Source: an uncultured Rikenellaceae bacterium
Lineage (GTDB): Bacteria; Bacteroidota; Bacteroidia; Bacteroidales; VadinHA17
Assembly (NCBI GenBank): GCA_964637415.1
Contig: CAZWUB010000001.1
Coordinates: 566 to 64,565 of the forward strand
DNA: 64,000 nt
Direction: 5' to 3'
Shown: piece by piece, positions 25,163 through 35,045 of the stretch
How positions within the stretch are numbered: the first letter of the stretch is position 1
Layout of the letters: each line of letters begins with the position of its first letter
Position numbers and translations under genes: made by a program
Notes under the pieces: model-generated
What the model was told of the DNA's origin: nothing
Databases searched by the model: none
Seen by the model: only the letters and a program-made list of their open reading frames with translations

Positions 25163-25690
25163 TTACGTTAAATCATGATTTACCAATTGGAACATATGTT
25201 CATCGAGGTACCCGTCTGCGGTTTTCACCCATTCCTTTTTGACACCTATCTGTACAAAGCCGAGCTTTAGGAAGAGTTCGATACTTTCGTGGTTATTGGC
25301 AAGGATGTTGCACCATAGCTGGTGAAGCTGGAGTGTCCTGAAGCAATAATCTGTAAGGCATTTCAGGGCCATAGAAGCATATCCTTTTCTTCTTTGTTCC
25401 TCCCTGGCGATCAGTATACCGATCCCTGCCCTGCTATGGAAGGGATCGAAGTCAAAGATATCGATTGTGCCTATTGTCTCGTTTCCTGCGATCAGATCGA
25501 TCATAAGCCTCAGCTGCCCCGTCTCATAGATACTCTTATGTGAATTCCTTATGTATCTTTTCAGAGTATATTTTGAAAACGGGGCAACGGTATTGCTTAT
25601 GATCCAGTGGGAGTTGTTATTCTCCCAGTTGTAGAGCAATTCAAGATCTTCCGGCTCAATAGCCCGCAGTCGTATATCCTGGTATTTCAT
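25163..25690 (-). CDS. GNAT-family N-acetyltransferase (RimJ/RimL-like)
   Basis: 175 aa. The segment GILIAREEQRRKGYASMAL resembles the acetyl-CoA-binding motif A. Confidence 0.75.
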   Translation of the reverse strand: MKYQDIRLRAIEPEDLELLYNWENNNSHWIISNTVAPFSKYTLKRYIRNSHKSIYETGQLRLMIDLIAGNETIGTIDIFDFDPFHSRAGIGILIAREEQRRKGYASMALKCLTDYCFRTLQLHQLWCNILANNHESIELFLKLGFVQIGVKKEWVKTADGYLDEHMFQLVNHDLT

Positions 25691-25722
25691 AAAACTGCTT
25701 TACAGATACTGATTTAACTTAT

Positions 25723-27954
25723 CTAATTGGCTTCAGTTACGTATGCATCGGCAAATCCTTTTTCTTTCACATAATTCAGATACTTTTCGGCATCTGCCTT
25801 ATCATAGAATACACCTATAATATATGTTGTTCCTGCGGTATCCTCACTTGTCCTTATGATCAGTTTACCGCTAAGGTCAAGGTTGCTGAAATAGCCTGCA
25901 CCAAGCTTGCCGGGAGACTTTTTAAGGACAATAGAATATTTACTTGTTGAAGGATTAACCAGTTCTTCCGGTGTTTCCGTATCAAGTCTTATAACAACTC
26001 CTGTTCCCGGTTCTATAACACCGAAGGTAGCCCGTCTGTTGTATTTTCTTCCTTCAGGATTATCTGTACCGTTACGGTTAGTGTTTATTGCTGCAAAATT
26101 GGATTCTCCGAAAGCTTTCTTGACAAACCTGGCGGCAGGTATCCCCGATGCAGTAACATAATCAATAACTGTCTGGGCTCTCTTGTCGGCAAGCTTCCTG
26201 TTATATATTATACTTCCGAGTGCATCTGTATATCCTGCTACCTCCACTTTCAGGTCGGGATAATTAGTGAGGATCGTCTTAAGAGTTTCAAGGCTTTCTT
26301 TTGCATCAGCTGTAAGCTTATAGCTGTCGAAAGCAAACAATATATTCCTGATCACAAGAAATTCACCTGTAACTGCTTTTTCAGGTATAAGTGTCGGATT
26401 TATCTTCATATACTGGCTCAGGAAGTAAAGCGGCAGGCTCAGGTTTGTTGTATCGGTCCTGTAGCCGGAATGACTTACAATAAGATGATAATCCCCGGGT
26501 TTCAGGTCAAAATTGAATGATCCGTCATTGTTAACAGGTATTGTCTGAAGAACGGTACCCTTTTTAAGTTCCTTAAGGATCATTTGTGCCTGTGCCGGAA
26601 TTACATTCATCCCGTCGGCGAGTTTAAGAACGCCTTCAGTCCTTGTTATTTCATCTGCAGGATCTACTCCCACAATAGCATAGATATTCCTTGCTCCCGT
26701 TTTTTCATCGTAAAGGCTTGTAATAAAGCCTGGAGCATTATTATTCAGGTGGAAGAAGATATTTTCGGCTGTTGTATTGAACGCAAACGGCATTCCCACG
26801 GGCTGGTCAAAGTTCCCATATCTGTTTACGGCAGAACGGAAGAGATCATATTTGCCCATGCTCATGTGGCCTACCGAGCTGAAAAGAAGGGCATTATTGT
26901 CAGTATCAAAGAAAGGAGCATCCTCATCCCAGGGAGTATTGATCACTTCTCCGAGGTTGACAGGTTCACCCCATGTTCCTGCAGGTGTTTTTTCGGAAAC
27001 CCAGATATCAAGTTTTCCGAAGGTGCCAGGCCTGTTGCTTGAAATATATAATTTACTGCCATCAGGTGTAATAAAACCATGTGATTCCCAATATATTGTA
27101 TTGACCGGTTTGCCGAAGTTCTTTATTTTACTCCAGGTTGCTCCGCTTCTTTCGCTGAAATAAAGGTTTCCGTCGTCGCCATCATTTATATAAAGCACCA
27201 GAAAGCGGCCATTGCCGGAAACGGAGTTGGTATATAACCTGTCGAGGCCACCCAGCTGCTGGGTAATATCGACCGGCTCTTCCCATTTGCCGTTTTTGTA
27301 TGAACACATTATCTTGTTTTTACCATCAACTCTCTGAGTGAAAATAAAAACAGAATCATTCTTCGATACCACAGGGTTCATTGCTCCGGGGAAATCAGTC
27401 ATCCATGATGTGAAGAGTTCGGGTAATACTCTGACCGGTTTCTTTTTTGCTTCAATGGCATACCTGCAGTTCCTTATCTGGAGGTCATAATATTCAGCCA
27501 TCTCAACATCTTCTTCACTTGTTCCCAGTTTACTCTTCAGATCTGTGAATATTGATTCTGCTTTTTCCGGATTGTCATTAAGATGATAGGCTTCTGCAAG
27601 ATACCTGTAAGTGTCGATATTTGCTTTCTGACCTGTCTCGGTATATTCTTTCTTGTCTGCCGCAACATTCTTTGAGGCAGATTCGAGAAGCTTCAGGGCT
27701 TCAGCTTTCTTCCCGTCCAGTTTAAGATAGCAGACTCCAAGCTTGGCCTGGATATTTGCATTGTCGGGGAATGCTTTATGTATCGGCTCATAAAGCGATG
27801 CAGCTTTTTCAAAATCATTGTCATAGTAGAAAACCACATCGGCGGTTTGTACAGATCTGTTAAAATCCCTGACGGCTGTATCCTGCGATTTCAGCGGACT
27901 GAAGAGGCTGATAAGCAGGAAAATACCTGTAATTTTTTTTGTTAAATTGTTCAT
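25723..27954 (-). CDS. Envelope protein with TPR, a TolB/PD40-like beta-propeller, an OmpA_C domain and a SPOR-like tail (paralogue 1 of 4)
   Basis: OmpA motif VAGYTDALGSIIYNRKLADKRAQTVIDYV ... NRRATFGVI. The N-terminal two-thirds are paralogous to the next three genes. Confidence 0.75.
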   Translation of the reverse strand: MNNLTKKITGIFLLISLFSPLKSQDTAVRDFNRSVQTADVVFYYDNDFEKAASLYEPIHKAFPDNANIQAKLGVCYLKLDGKKAEALKLLESASKNVAADKKEYTETGQKANIDTYRYLAEAYHLNDNPEKAESIFTDLKSKLGTSEEDVEMAEYYDLQIRNCRYAIEAKKKPVRVLPELFTSWMTDFPGAMNPVVSKNDSVFIFTQRVDGKNKIMCSYKNGKWEEPVDITQQLGGLDRLYTNSVSGNGRFLVLYINDGDDGNLYFSERSGATWSKIKNFGKPVNTIYWESHGFITPDGSKLYISSNRPGTFGKLDIWVSEKTPAGTWGEPVNLGEVINTPWDEDAPFFDTDNNALLFSSVGHMSMGKYDLFRSAVNRYGNFDQPVGMPFAFNTTAENIFFHLNNNAPGFITSLYDEKTGARNIYAIVGVDPADEITRTEGVLKLADGMNVIPAQAQMILKELKKGTVLQTIPVNNDGSFNFDLKPGDYHLIVSHSGYRTDTTNLSLPLYFLSQYMKINPTLIPEKAVTGEFLVIRNILFAFDSYKLTADAKESLETLKTILTNYPDLKVEVAGYTDALGSIIYNRKLADKRAQTVIDYVTASGIPAARFVKKAFGESNFAAINTNRNGTDNPEGRKYNRRATFGVIEPGTGVVIRLDTETPEELVNPSTSKYSIVLKKSPGKLGAGYFSNLDLSGKLIIRTSEDTAGTTYIIGVFYDKADAEKYLNYVKEKGFADAYVTEAN

Positions 27955-29891
27955 TATTGTAATACTTTTTTAATGAATATCTCATCGGGATACCCTCTTT
28001 TTATAAGTTCCAGCCTCCATGCCCTGGCTTCATCCTTTGTCCTGAACTGGCCTGTCATATACCTGTAGAATTTATCCTTCTCATTAAACATCACCTTCAT
28101 ATCGGCAATATACCGGAAGAAGCTTATATCAACCGGATTATAAAGGGCCATTACCTGCACTGTATAATAGAGTACCCCCGGTTCGTCTGCGGCATCTGTT
28201 ATATTCATGACGTTAAGGTTCCGTATAAGGATGCTGGAGTCAACAGTTGCAACAGAGGGTATTCCGGCAAGGTTTATTCTTTCATATTCACGTTGAAGGA
28301 GTGAGGAATCCCTCATGAGCGTAACATCATCAAGTGTTATTATAAGGTCGGGGCTGTCGCTTACTATTGTTGTATCGACTGTAGCCGGCAGATATCCGTC
28401 GCCCGAATAAATTATTTTGAAATCTCCCGGGGCAACGGTGAGGGTATACGAGCCAGATGATTTATCAGGAATGGTTCTGTAAAGTGTTTCTCCCGATTCC
28501 TTGCTGAGAACAACAATATAGTAGTTCTTATCAGCGGTAAGGATTGTGTCATTAAGCCTCAGGTTCCCTGTAAGTTCATATATCTGGTTAACATCGGGTC
28601 CGCCAATACCGATATAAAAGATATCTCTTTTCTTATAATCGGTTTTCATCGAATAATAGGCATTCATTCCGTTATTAACAGGCTGAAAGAACTTATCATC
28701 ATCAGTTGAATTTAAAGGTGATCCCAGGTTTTCAGGTGTTCCCCAGCCGGAACCCTGAAGCTTCGACCTGTAATTATCAAATCCACCTATAGAATTGTGA
28801 CCTTCTGAACAGAAATAGAGAAGGGAATCGTTGAGGGTTATAAAAGGATTATCTTCATTATAAGATGTATTCACTGCAGTACCCAGGTTGACGGGAATTC
28901 CCCAGTCGCCGGCAGCATCAATTTCCGAAACATAAATATCCAGTCCGCCCTGGCCTCCTTCCCTGTTACTTGTAAAATAAAGCTTTTTGCCATCGGCAGA
29001 AACGGCAGCATGGGATTCATAATACTTTGTATTGATATTCTTGTTAAGCTTTACTATCGGAGTCCAGGCTTCATTCACATATTTCGAACTGTAAATGTTC
29101 CCGTCGAAATTGTCGTTCTTATACAGGAAGAGCTCTGTCCCGTCGGAGTTGAGGGAGCTTGTTGAACAATCTTCTCCTGCAGCCAGCTGTGTGGTTATTT
29201 CAACCGGTGGCTGCCATCTTCCTCTTATTTTCTTCGAAAAGTATATGACGTTTGCTAGGCCCCGCCGTTCAGTATATGCCAGTGTGTTGCCGTCAAAGCT
29301 TACTGCAGGATTTTCATTCATGGATCCCTGGCTGAAATCTCCGCCGAGCATACGTTTGCTTATTGCAACAGGATTTCCTGCAAGCCTGATAGCATTTTCA
29401 CATGCCTGGATCTGCTGATCGACAAAATCCAGATTCTTTATCCCGCCCTTTCCTTCAGTTTCAAGCGCAAGGGATTTAAAATTCCTGAATGTTGTAAGAC
29501 CTTTGTCAAGTTCATTATTTATCATATATGCTTTTGCAAGATAGAACCAGGCATCAAGCGGAGCTCTCTTTTCTTTGAGCGATTTGGTCCTTGAATCATA
29601 ACTTGCATTTTTCACCGCATCTTCAAGAAAAGGAATAGCTTTTTCCTTTTCATCCGGGATGTTGAGATAACTTGTTCCTATTTTATATTTCAGATTGAGA
29701 TTTTCCGGATTTTCAAGGAGCAGATAAAGCTGGTTGGCAAGATCGTATTCCTCGTACAGATAGTGAGCTTCTGCCTGCTTATAAATTTCCTTCATCTCTT
29801 TTGCCGACTGTGATGATGCGCCGGCAGGGAAAATTATCAGAGCCAACAACTGAAACATTAGTATCTGGTATTTTACTCTGAAATTGTTCAT
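27954..29891 (-). CDS. TPR plus PD40-like beta-propeller protein with a C-terminal SPOR-like domain (paralogue 2 of 4)
   Basis: Shared blocks NINTKYYESHAAVSADGKKLYFTSNREGGQGGLDIYVS and GDWGIPVNLG. C-terminus YYTVQVMALYNP ... KDEARAWRLELIKRGYPDEIFIKKV. Confidence 0.7.
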   Translation of the reverse strand: MNNFRVKYQILMFQLLALIIFPAGASSQSAKEMKEIYKQAEAHYLYEEYDLANQLYLLLENPENLNLKYKIGTSYLNIPDEKEKAIPFLEDAVKNASYDSRTKSLKEKRAPLDAWFYLAKAYMINNELDKGLTTFRNFKSLALETEGKGGIKNLDFVDQQIQACENAIRLAGNPVAISKRMLGGDFSQGSMNENPAVSFDGNTLAYTERRGLANVIYFSKKIRGRWQPPVEITTQLAAGEDCSTSSLNSDGTELFLYKNDNFDGNIYSSKYVNEAWTPIVKLNKNINTKYYESHAAVSADGKKLYFTSNREGGQGGLDIYVSEIDAAGDWGIPVNLGTAVNTSYNEDNPFITLNDSLLYFCSEGHNSIGGFDNYRSKLQGSGWGTPENLGSPLNSTDDDKFFQPVNNGMNAYYSMKTDYKKRDIFYIGIGGPDVNQIYELTGNLRLNDTILTADKNYYIVVLSKESGETLYRTIPDKSSGSYTLTVAPGDFKIIYSGDGYLPATVDTTIVSDSPDLIITLDDVTLMRDSSLLQREYERINLAGIPSVATVDSSILIRNLNVMNITDAADEPGVLYYTVQVMALYNPVDISFFRYIADMKVMFNEKDKFYRYMTGQFRTKDEARAWRLELIKRGYPDEIFIKKVLQ

Positions 29892-29945
29892 AATAACAAA
29901 TGTAGTGTTTATTAACTAGTGATCCTGCAGAATACCGGGCAAAAT

Positions 29946-31259
29946 TTATTTAAATGTTATTTTGTAAATGTCATAGTTCCCTGAGCCTTCAGCTTCCTTG
30001 TAAATTGAGTAATAGCCTGATTTCCCGTTTGCCGACGGCATAAAGAAAATGTTATCGTCAGGGTTATTGAGCGGATAACCAAGGTTCATTGGTTTGCTCC
30101 AGATATTATTTGACTGAAGCTCTGATCTGAACAGGTCATATCCGCCCATAGTGACATGACCCTGTGAGCTGAAAAACAATGTTTTCCCGCTGTTGATCAG
30201 GAAGGGGCGGTCCTCATTCAGGGCTGTGTTTATTTCAGGGCCAAGGTTTACTGCCGGTCCCCAGTCACCGCCTGTCTTTTTCGAGATATAAAGATCAAGT
30301 CCGCCGTATCCTCCCGGCCTGTCGGATGCGAAAATCAGCTTTTCCCCGTCGTCGGATATAAAACCATGGGATTCCCAGTATTTCGTATTAATATTCCTGT
30401 TCATCCTTTTACAGGCGCTCCATGAGGCACCGTTGAAGGTACTGTAATAAAGGTCACTGTTGAAGTTATCGTCGCGAGAAAGCACAAGTAATTTTCCATC
30501 AGTGGAAAGGCATGAGATATACATGTCACCATCCGACATCAGTTCAGGTGTTATATTGACCGGAGGGGTCCATTTCCCGCTTACCAGCCTTGACAACATT
30601 ACGGCATCGTAAAATTTCAGGGAGACCATGAATGCGAAAGTTTTTCCATCAGCTGAGATAACCGGATTGAAGTTAGCCTTTTCGTCATTAAAGATGAGTC
30701 CCATGTTTTCTTCGGAATAGGCTACCGGTTTTGAAATCATTTCTTTTGCAGTGTCGCACGATCTTATCTGCTGTTCAACAATAGCGCGGTTTTCAAGATC
30801 GTCTTCAAGAAGTGTGCCTGCGAACTTTGTAAAGGCATCTTTTGCCTTGTCGAACTGGTAATTGACTAGATAGGCACAGCCGAGCTCAAATAATGCATCG
30901 TATGGGGCGGAAAGCTCACTTATCGTACCCTCTTCGGGTTTGGCAGACAGTTTCTCAGTTGCTGCCCTGAGATAGTCGATTGCAAGATTTTTTTTACCGG
31001 TTATATTCAGATAACATGCTCCGATCCGGTATGCAACATTTGAATTGTCAGGCATCTTTTCATAAAGCTCAAGATAGAAGGGGAGGGCATCCTGATAATC
31101 CTCACTCATAAAAAAATATTCCGCTTCGATAAATGTATCCTGAAGTGAACTTACTTCCTGGGAGTATAATGCAAGCGAAAGGAGTAGTGAAATTAATACA
31201 ATTGATATTCTAAGGCGCATAACTATTGGTTTTTGTAACAAATTTAAATAAAATGCCAA
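29946..31259 (-). CDS. TPR plus PD40-like beta-propeller protein with no extra C-terminal domain (paralogue 3 of 4)
   Basis: Shared blocks NINTKYWESHGFISDDGEKLIFASDRPGGYGGLDLYIS and GDWGPAVNLGPEINT. Confidence 0.7.
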   Translation of the reverse strand: MAFYLNLLQKPIVMRLRISIVLISLLLSLALYSQEVSSLQDTFIEAEYFFMSEDYQDALPFYLELYEKMPDNSNVAYRIGACYLNITGKKNLAIDYLRAATEKLSAKPEEGTISELSAPYDALFELGCAYLVNYQFDKAKDAFTKFAGTLLEDDLENRAIVEQQIRSCDTAKEMISKPVAYSEENMGLIFNDEKANFNPVISADGKTFAFMVSLKFYDAVMLSRLVSGKWTPPVNITPELMSDGDMYISCLSTDGKLLVLSRDDNFNSDLYYSTFNGASWSACKRMNRNINTKYWESHGFISDDGEKLIFASDRPGGYGGLDLYISKKTGGDWGPAVNLGPEINTALNEDRPFLINSGKTLFFSSQGHVTMGGYDLFRSELQSNNIWSKPMNLGYPLNNPDDNIFFMPSANGKSGYYSIYKEAEGSGNYDIYKITFK

Positions 31260-31321
31260 AAAATAACAATTTAAAGCTCATTTTAAAGGCATAGTGTACC
31301 TGAATGCCGTACCAAATAAAT

Positions 31322-33442
31322 TTACTCCTTGTCCTTATCTCTGTTTCTTCTTCTTAACAGAATAATCAAAAGGAAGAACAATCCGGCACCTGCAATAAGC
31401 CACAAATACCAGAGACTGCCGTTCTTTCCGCTCTTTTCATCCGCAGGGCTTGTTGTAGTCTTTGCATCCTCTGATGCAGTTTCTTCCCGGTCAGCTTCTT
31501 TCTTTGCTGCTTTTTCAAGTTCTGAAATTGCTTCTGCCCTTTTCTCTGCAATAATTTCAGGACGTTCCGGCCTTACAATCAGTGGTCTGGCTTTTACTTT
31601 TCCACGCGAGACCGTTATCTCTTCACTCGAAGTGTTGTTATACTTATCAGTTAAGATGAATTTAATCCTTCTGTCTCCATGTTCCGGTTCAACCTTATAT
31701 TTAAAAGTCGAATCAGCTATGTTGAACTGTTCAGAAAATAGCAATGAATCGCCCTGCCAGTGCTCAACTGTCAGTAATGAATTTGGCTCAACAATGAGAG
31801 GAATAGTAAGCGTATCCCTTCCTGATAAAATAAAATTCTTTTCATCACCGGCATCAAGATGTGCCTTAAAATCAGTTTTTGGCAGTACCGTTGGCGGAAT
31901 AATGAATGAATCAGCCTTACTTGTAAGAGGAAGGTGAATATCTCTTTTGAATCTCTCAACACCATTGACATCATAAGTGACAGTATGGTCTCCGTGGCTT
32001 ACAAGTAATTCATATTCACCGGTCTCGGGATCTGCATAATCTTCAGAGGTCTGACCGGGATCTCTTGTATTCACAGAGCTGACCCTTATCCTGTCGCCAG
32101 ATTTAAGATTAAGATCAGCAACTTTTGCCACGCCCTTCACCATGAATTTCCTGGGGTGGTTATTTGAAAATATTTCAATTCTGTAAATATCCTGTCTGCC
32201 GAAACCGGAAGGGCTGAATTTAGAAAAATAGCCTTCATACCCCTGGTTAAGAGGGACAAAAAACACATCATCGTCGGTTGTGTTCAGGGGATAGCCGGCA
32301 TTAAGCGGTACCGACCATTCACCGTTGTCAAGGAGGCTTGAATAGAAAATATCATGACCACCCATATTCAGATGACCTCTTGAGCTGAAGAACAGTGTCT
32401 TGTCATCCCTGCTCAGGAATGGAGTCTCCTCATTGTAGATTGTATTAATTACCGGTCCCAGGTTGACTGCAGGTCCCCAGTCTCCTGTACTGTCTCTTCG
32501 CGAGACAAATATATCGAGTCCTCCGAGGGTACCCTTCCTGTTACTTGTAAAATAGAGCTTTCTGTTGTCATGAGATACCACGGCATGAGATTCCCAGAAT
32601 TTTGTGTTAATATTATCATTCAGCCTGGTTAACGGACTCCATATCCCGTTGCTGTAAGTTGTTGTGAAAATATTGCCGTCGTAGTTTTCGGAGTTGTAAA
32701 GATAGAGCACCTTACCGTCGCCTGAAAGGGAAGCAGGATATATGTTCCGGTCAATTTTGAGCATTTCATTCATGTTACGTGCTTCTGTCCACACACCATT
32801 GACCCTGGTTGAATACAATATAGCATCATAGAACGGAAGGCTTTTTGAAAAAACAATCATAGTTTCGTCATCAGATACAACAGCATTGTATTCCGATGAG
32901 TTGCCGTTGACATTGCTGCCCAGATTATCTTCCCTGATATAGACAGGGGAGGACATAAGGTCTTTTGCATTAAGGCAGGACTGTATCTGAAAGGCAACAA
33001 CAGAGGTATCATATACTTCAGGGTCGAGTTTTTCCAGAAAAAGCTTATATGTTGAAACGGCCTTATCGAGCTGGTTGTTTATCCTGTAAGCGTTTGCCAG
33101 GTAATAAAGTGCATCGTAGGGAGCACCCGTTTCCCTGAATCTGCCTTCCCTGTACTCCGGATTAATATTTTTTGCTGCATCCTCGAGGAAGCTGATTGCT
33201 TTTTCCTTTTCCCCGGGCATATTCAGAAAACACTGACCGATCCTGTACTTGAAGTTGGAATTTTCGGGATAGGTCCCTATCAGTTCCTGGTAAAGAGGAA
33301 GAGCTTCCCTGTAATCTTCGAAGAGTATCCAGCTTTCGGCATCATGGAAATTCATTTTATTTTCTGCTCTCGACTGGGGAAAGATATCAGTACTGATCAC
33401 TAAAATCAGGAACGATGCAATCAGTATAACCTTTTTAATCAT
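31322..33442 (-). CDS. TPR plus PD40-like beta-propeller protein with an Ig-like/charged region and a C-terminal TM anchor (paralogue 4 of 4)
   Basis: Shared blocks NINTKFWESHAVVSHDNRKLYFTSNRKGTLGGLDIFVS and GDWGPAVNLGPVINT. The C-terminus is WYLWLIAGAGLFFLLIILLRRRNRDKDKE. Confidence 0.7.
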   Translation of the reverse strand: MIKKVILIASFLILVISTDIFPQSRAENKMNFHDAESWILFEDYREALPLYQELIGTYPENSNFKYRIGQCFLNMPGEKEKAISFLEDAAKNINPEYREGRFRETGAPYDALYYLANAYRINNQLDKAVSTYKLFLEKLDPEVYDTSVVAFQIQSCLNAKDLMSSPVYIREDNLGSNVNGNSSEYNAVVSDDETMIVFSKSLPFYDAILYSTRVNGVWTEARNMNEMLKIDRNIYPASLSGDGKVLYLYNSENYDGNIFTTTYSNGIWSPLTRLNDNINTKFWESHAVVSHDNRKLYFTSNRKGTLGGLDIFVSRRDSTGDWGPAVNLGPVINTIYNEETPFLSRDDKTLFFSSRGHLNMGGHDIFYSSLLDNGEWSVPLNAGYPLNTTDDDVFFVPLNQGYEGYFSKFSPSGFGRQDIYRIEIFSNNHPRKFMVKGVAKVADLNLKSGDRIRVSSVNTRDPGQTSEDYADPETGEYELLVSHGDHTVTYDVNGVERFKRDIHLPLTSKADSFIIPPTVLPKTDFKAHLDAGDEKNFILSGRDTLTIPLIVEPNSLLTVEHWQGDSLLFSEQFNIADSTFKYKVEPEHGDRRIKFILTDKYNNTSSEEITVSRGKVKARPLIVRPERPEIIAEKRAEAISELEKAAKKEADREETASEDAKTTTSPADEKSGKNGSLWYLWLIAGAGLFFLLIILLRRRNRDKDKE

Positions 33443-33673
33443 ATTTAAGATATAAATTGGTATAATAAAACCTGATAATTATGTAGTTATGAGCCGGATT
33501 GCGGCGGTACACCTGTTTGCAGATTTATAATTGTCAATTGTATTGAAGCCAATCAGTTTTAGCCGCAATATAGTAAAAAAGGACAATAGGGAGCTTTCCT
33601 TTTTATCAACCGTTGTTAATATCTTGTCAACAGTAACTTATATGATCCGGAAGTCTGAAATTTGGGTTTTTGT

Positions 33674-34984
33674 TCATGGCAGGATAATGTCGGGGGAATA
33701 GTTTTCGAGTATTGACTTTATCTTTTGAAGGAATTTACCGGCAAGGGCTCCGTCTATCACCCTGTGGTCATAACTTAATGATAGTATCATAATCTGGCGA
33801 ATACCGATTACATCTCCGTCAGGTGTTTCTATTACGGCGGGAGTTTTTCTTACGGCACCGGTCCCCAGAATTGCAACCTGCGGCTGGTTGATTATCGGTG
33901 TTCCGGCAAGATTATTATAGGACCCGAAATTTGTAATTGTGAAGGTCCCTCCTGTGATCTCATCAGGTTTTAGTTTATTCTTCCTTGCACGATCAGCCAG
34001 ATCACTAACACTTCTTGCCAGACCATTAAGGTTCTTCTCATCCGCATTCTTTATAACGGGAACAATAAGATTTCCGTCGGGAAGAGCTGTGGCTATCCCT
34101 ATGTTTATATTTTTTTTCCTGATTATGTTACTGCCATCAACTGAGATATTGATCATCGGGAATTCCGACAGTGCTCTTGCGGCAGCATCGGTAAATATCG
34201 GGGTGAGTGTAAGCTTGTATCCCTCCGATGCAAGAAACTTGTCCTTTATCGAATTTCTCCAGTTTACCAGTTTAGTTACATCGGCATCGATGAATGAAGT
34301 TACATGAGGTGATGTTTTTTTGGAAAGTACCATATGATCGGCAATCAGCTTGCGTACCCTGTCCATTTCAATTATTTCAACTCCTTCCTCTGAAGCTGTT
34401 TCAGCAGGTTTTGTCTTTGGTTTCACTTCAGCAGGCTCTGCCTTTTCACTTATGGGTTTCACTTCAGCTTTCCGTGATTCTGAAAATCTGAATATATCAT
34501 CTTTTGTTATCCTGCCATCCATTCCTGTTCCTTCTATCTGATCAAGATCTGCATAGCTTATATTTTCTGCTGAAGCGATGCTTCTTACAAGCGGTGACAG
34601 GAATTTTCCTGATGGTGTTCTGCTCTTCAGATCGTGCGAAATTGTTTCGGTTTCCTTTATAGCTTTTTTCTCTGCAGAGATAGTTTCCCTTATCCTTTCG
34701 ACTTCTTTCTCAATCTTTGCAGGTTCATCAGCCGGCCTGACAACGTTATGTTCCATTACTGCAATAACATCGCCGACCTTTACAACAGAACCTTCGGGAG
34801 CCATAACCGAAACAATCCTGCCGTCGGCCGGTGCAGGGATCTCTGAATCTACCTTGTCTGTGGCAACTTCAACAAGGGGATCATCCTCCTTTACAAAGGC
34901 TCCTTCAGTAACAAGCCATTTATTTATTGTTGCTTCTATAACACCTTCACCCATTGCAGGAAGTAAAATATTCACAGTTGCCAT
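33674..34984 (-). CDS. 2-oxoacid dehydrogenase E2 component (dihydrolipoamide acyltransferase)
   Basis: Lipoyl domain VEVATDKVDSEIPAP, a central E3-binding-like segment, and the catalytic SYDHRVIDGA motif. Confidence 0.85.
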   Translation of the reverse strand: MATVNILLPAMGEGVIEATINKWLVTEGAFVKEDDPLVEVATDKVDSEIPAPADGRIVSVMAPEGSVVKVGDVIAVMEHNVVRPADEPAKIEKEVERIRETISAEKKAIKETETISHDLKSRTPSGKFLSPLVRSIASAENISYADLDQIEGTGMDGRITKDDIFRFSESRKAEVKPISEKAEPAEVKPKTKPAETASEEGVEIIEMDRVRKLIADHMVLSKKTSPHVTSFIDADVTKLVNWRNSIKDKFLASEGYKLTLTPIFTDAAARALSEFPMINISVDGSNIIRKKNINIGIATALPDGNLIVPVIKNADEKNLNGLARSVSDLADRARKNKLKPDEITGGTFTITNFGSYNNLAGTPIINQPQVAILGTGAVRKTPAVIETPDGDVIGIRQIMILSLSYDHRVIDGALAGKFLQKIKSILENYSPDIILP

Positions 34985-35045
34985 AATTCATAATTTTTTT
35001 TGTATCAGGATAACAGACTGAACAGAAAATTGTTCGGAGTTATTA

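Noticed and set aside
31329-31937. 202-aa plus-strand ORF antisense to paralogue 4; the antisense ORFs at 34578..35021, 40170..40748 and 16502..17065 are similar
   Set aside because: They lie entirely within well-supported genes on the opposite strand. Their translations are low-complexity (Ser, Leu and Phe rich) with no motifs, which is typical of antisense-frame artefacts.
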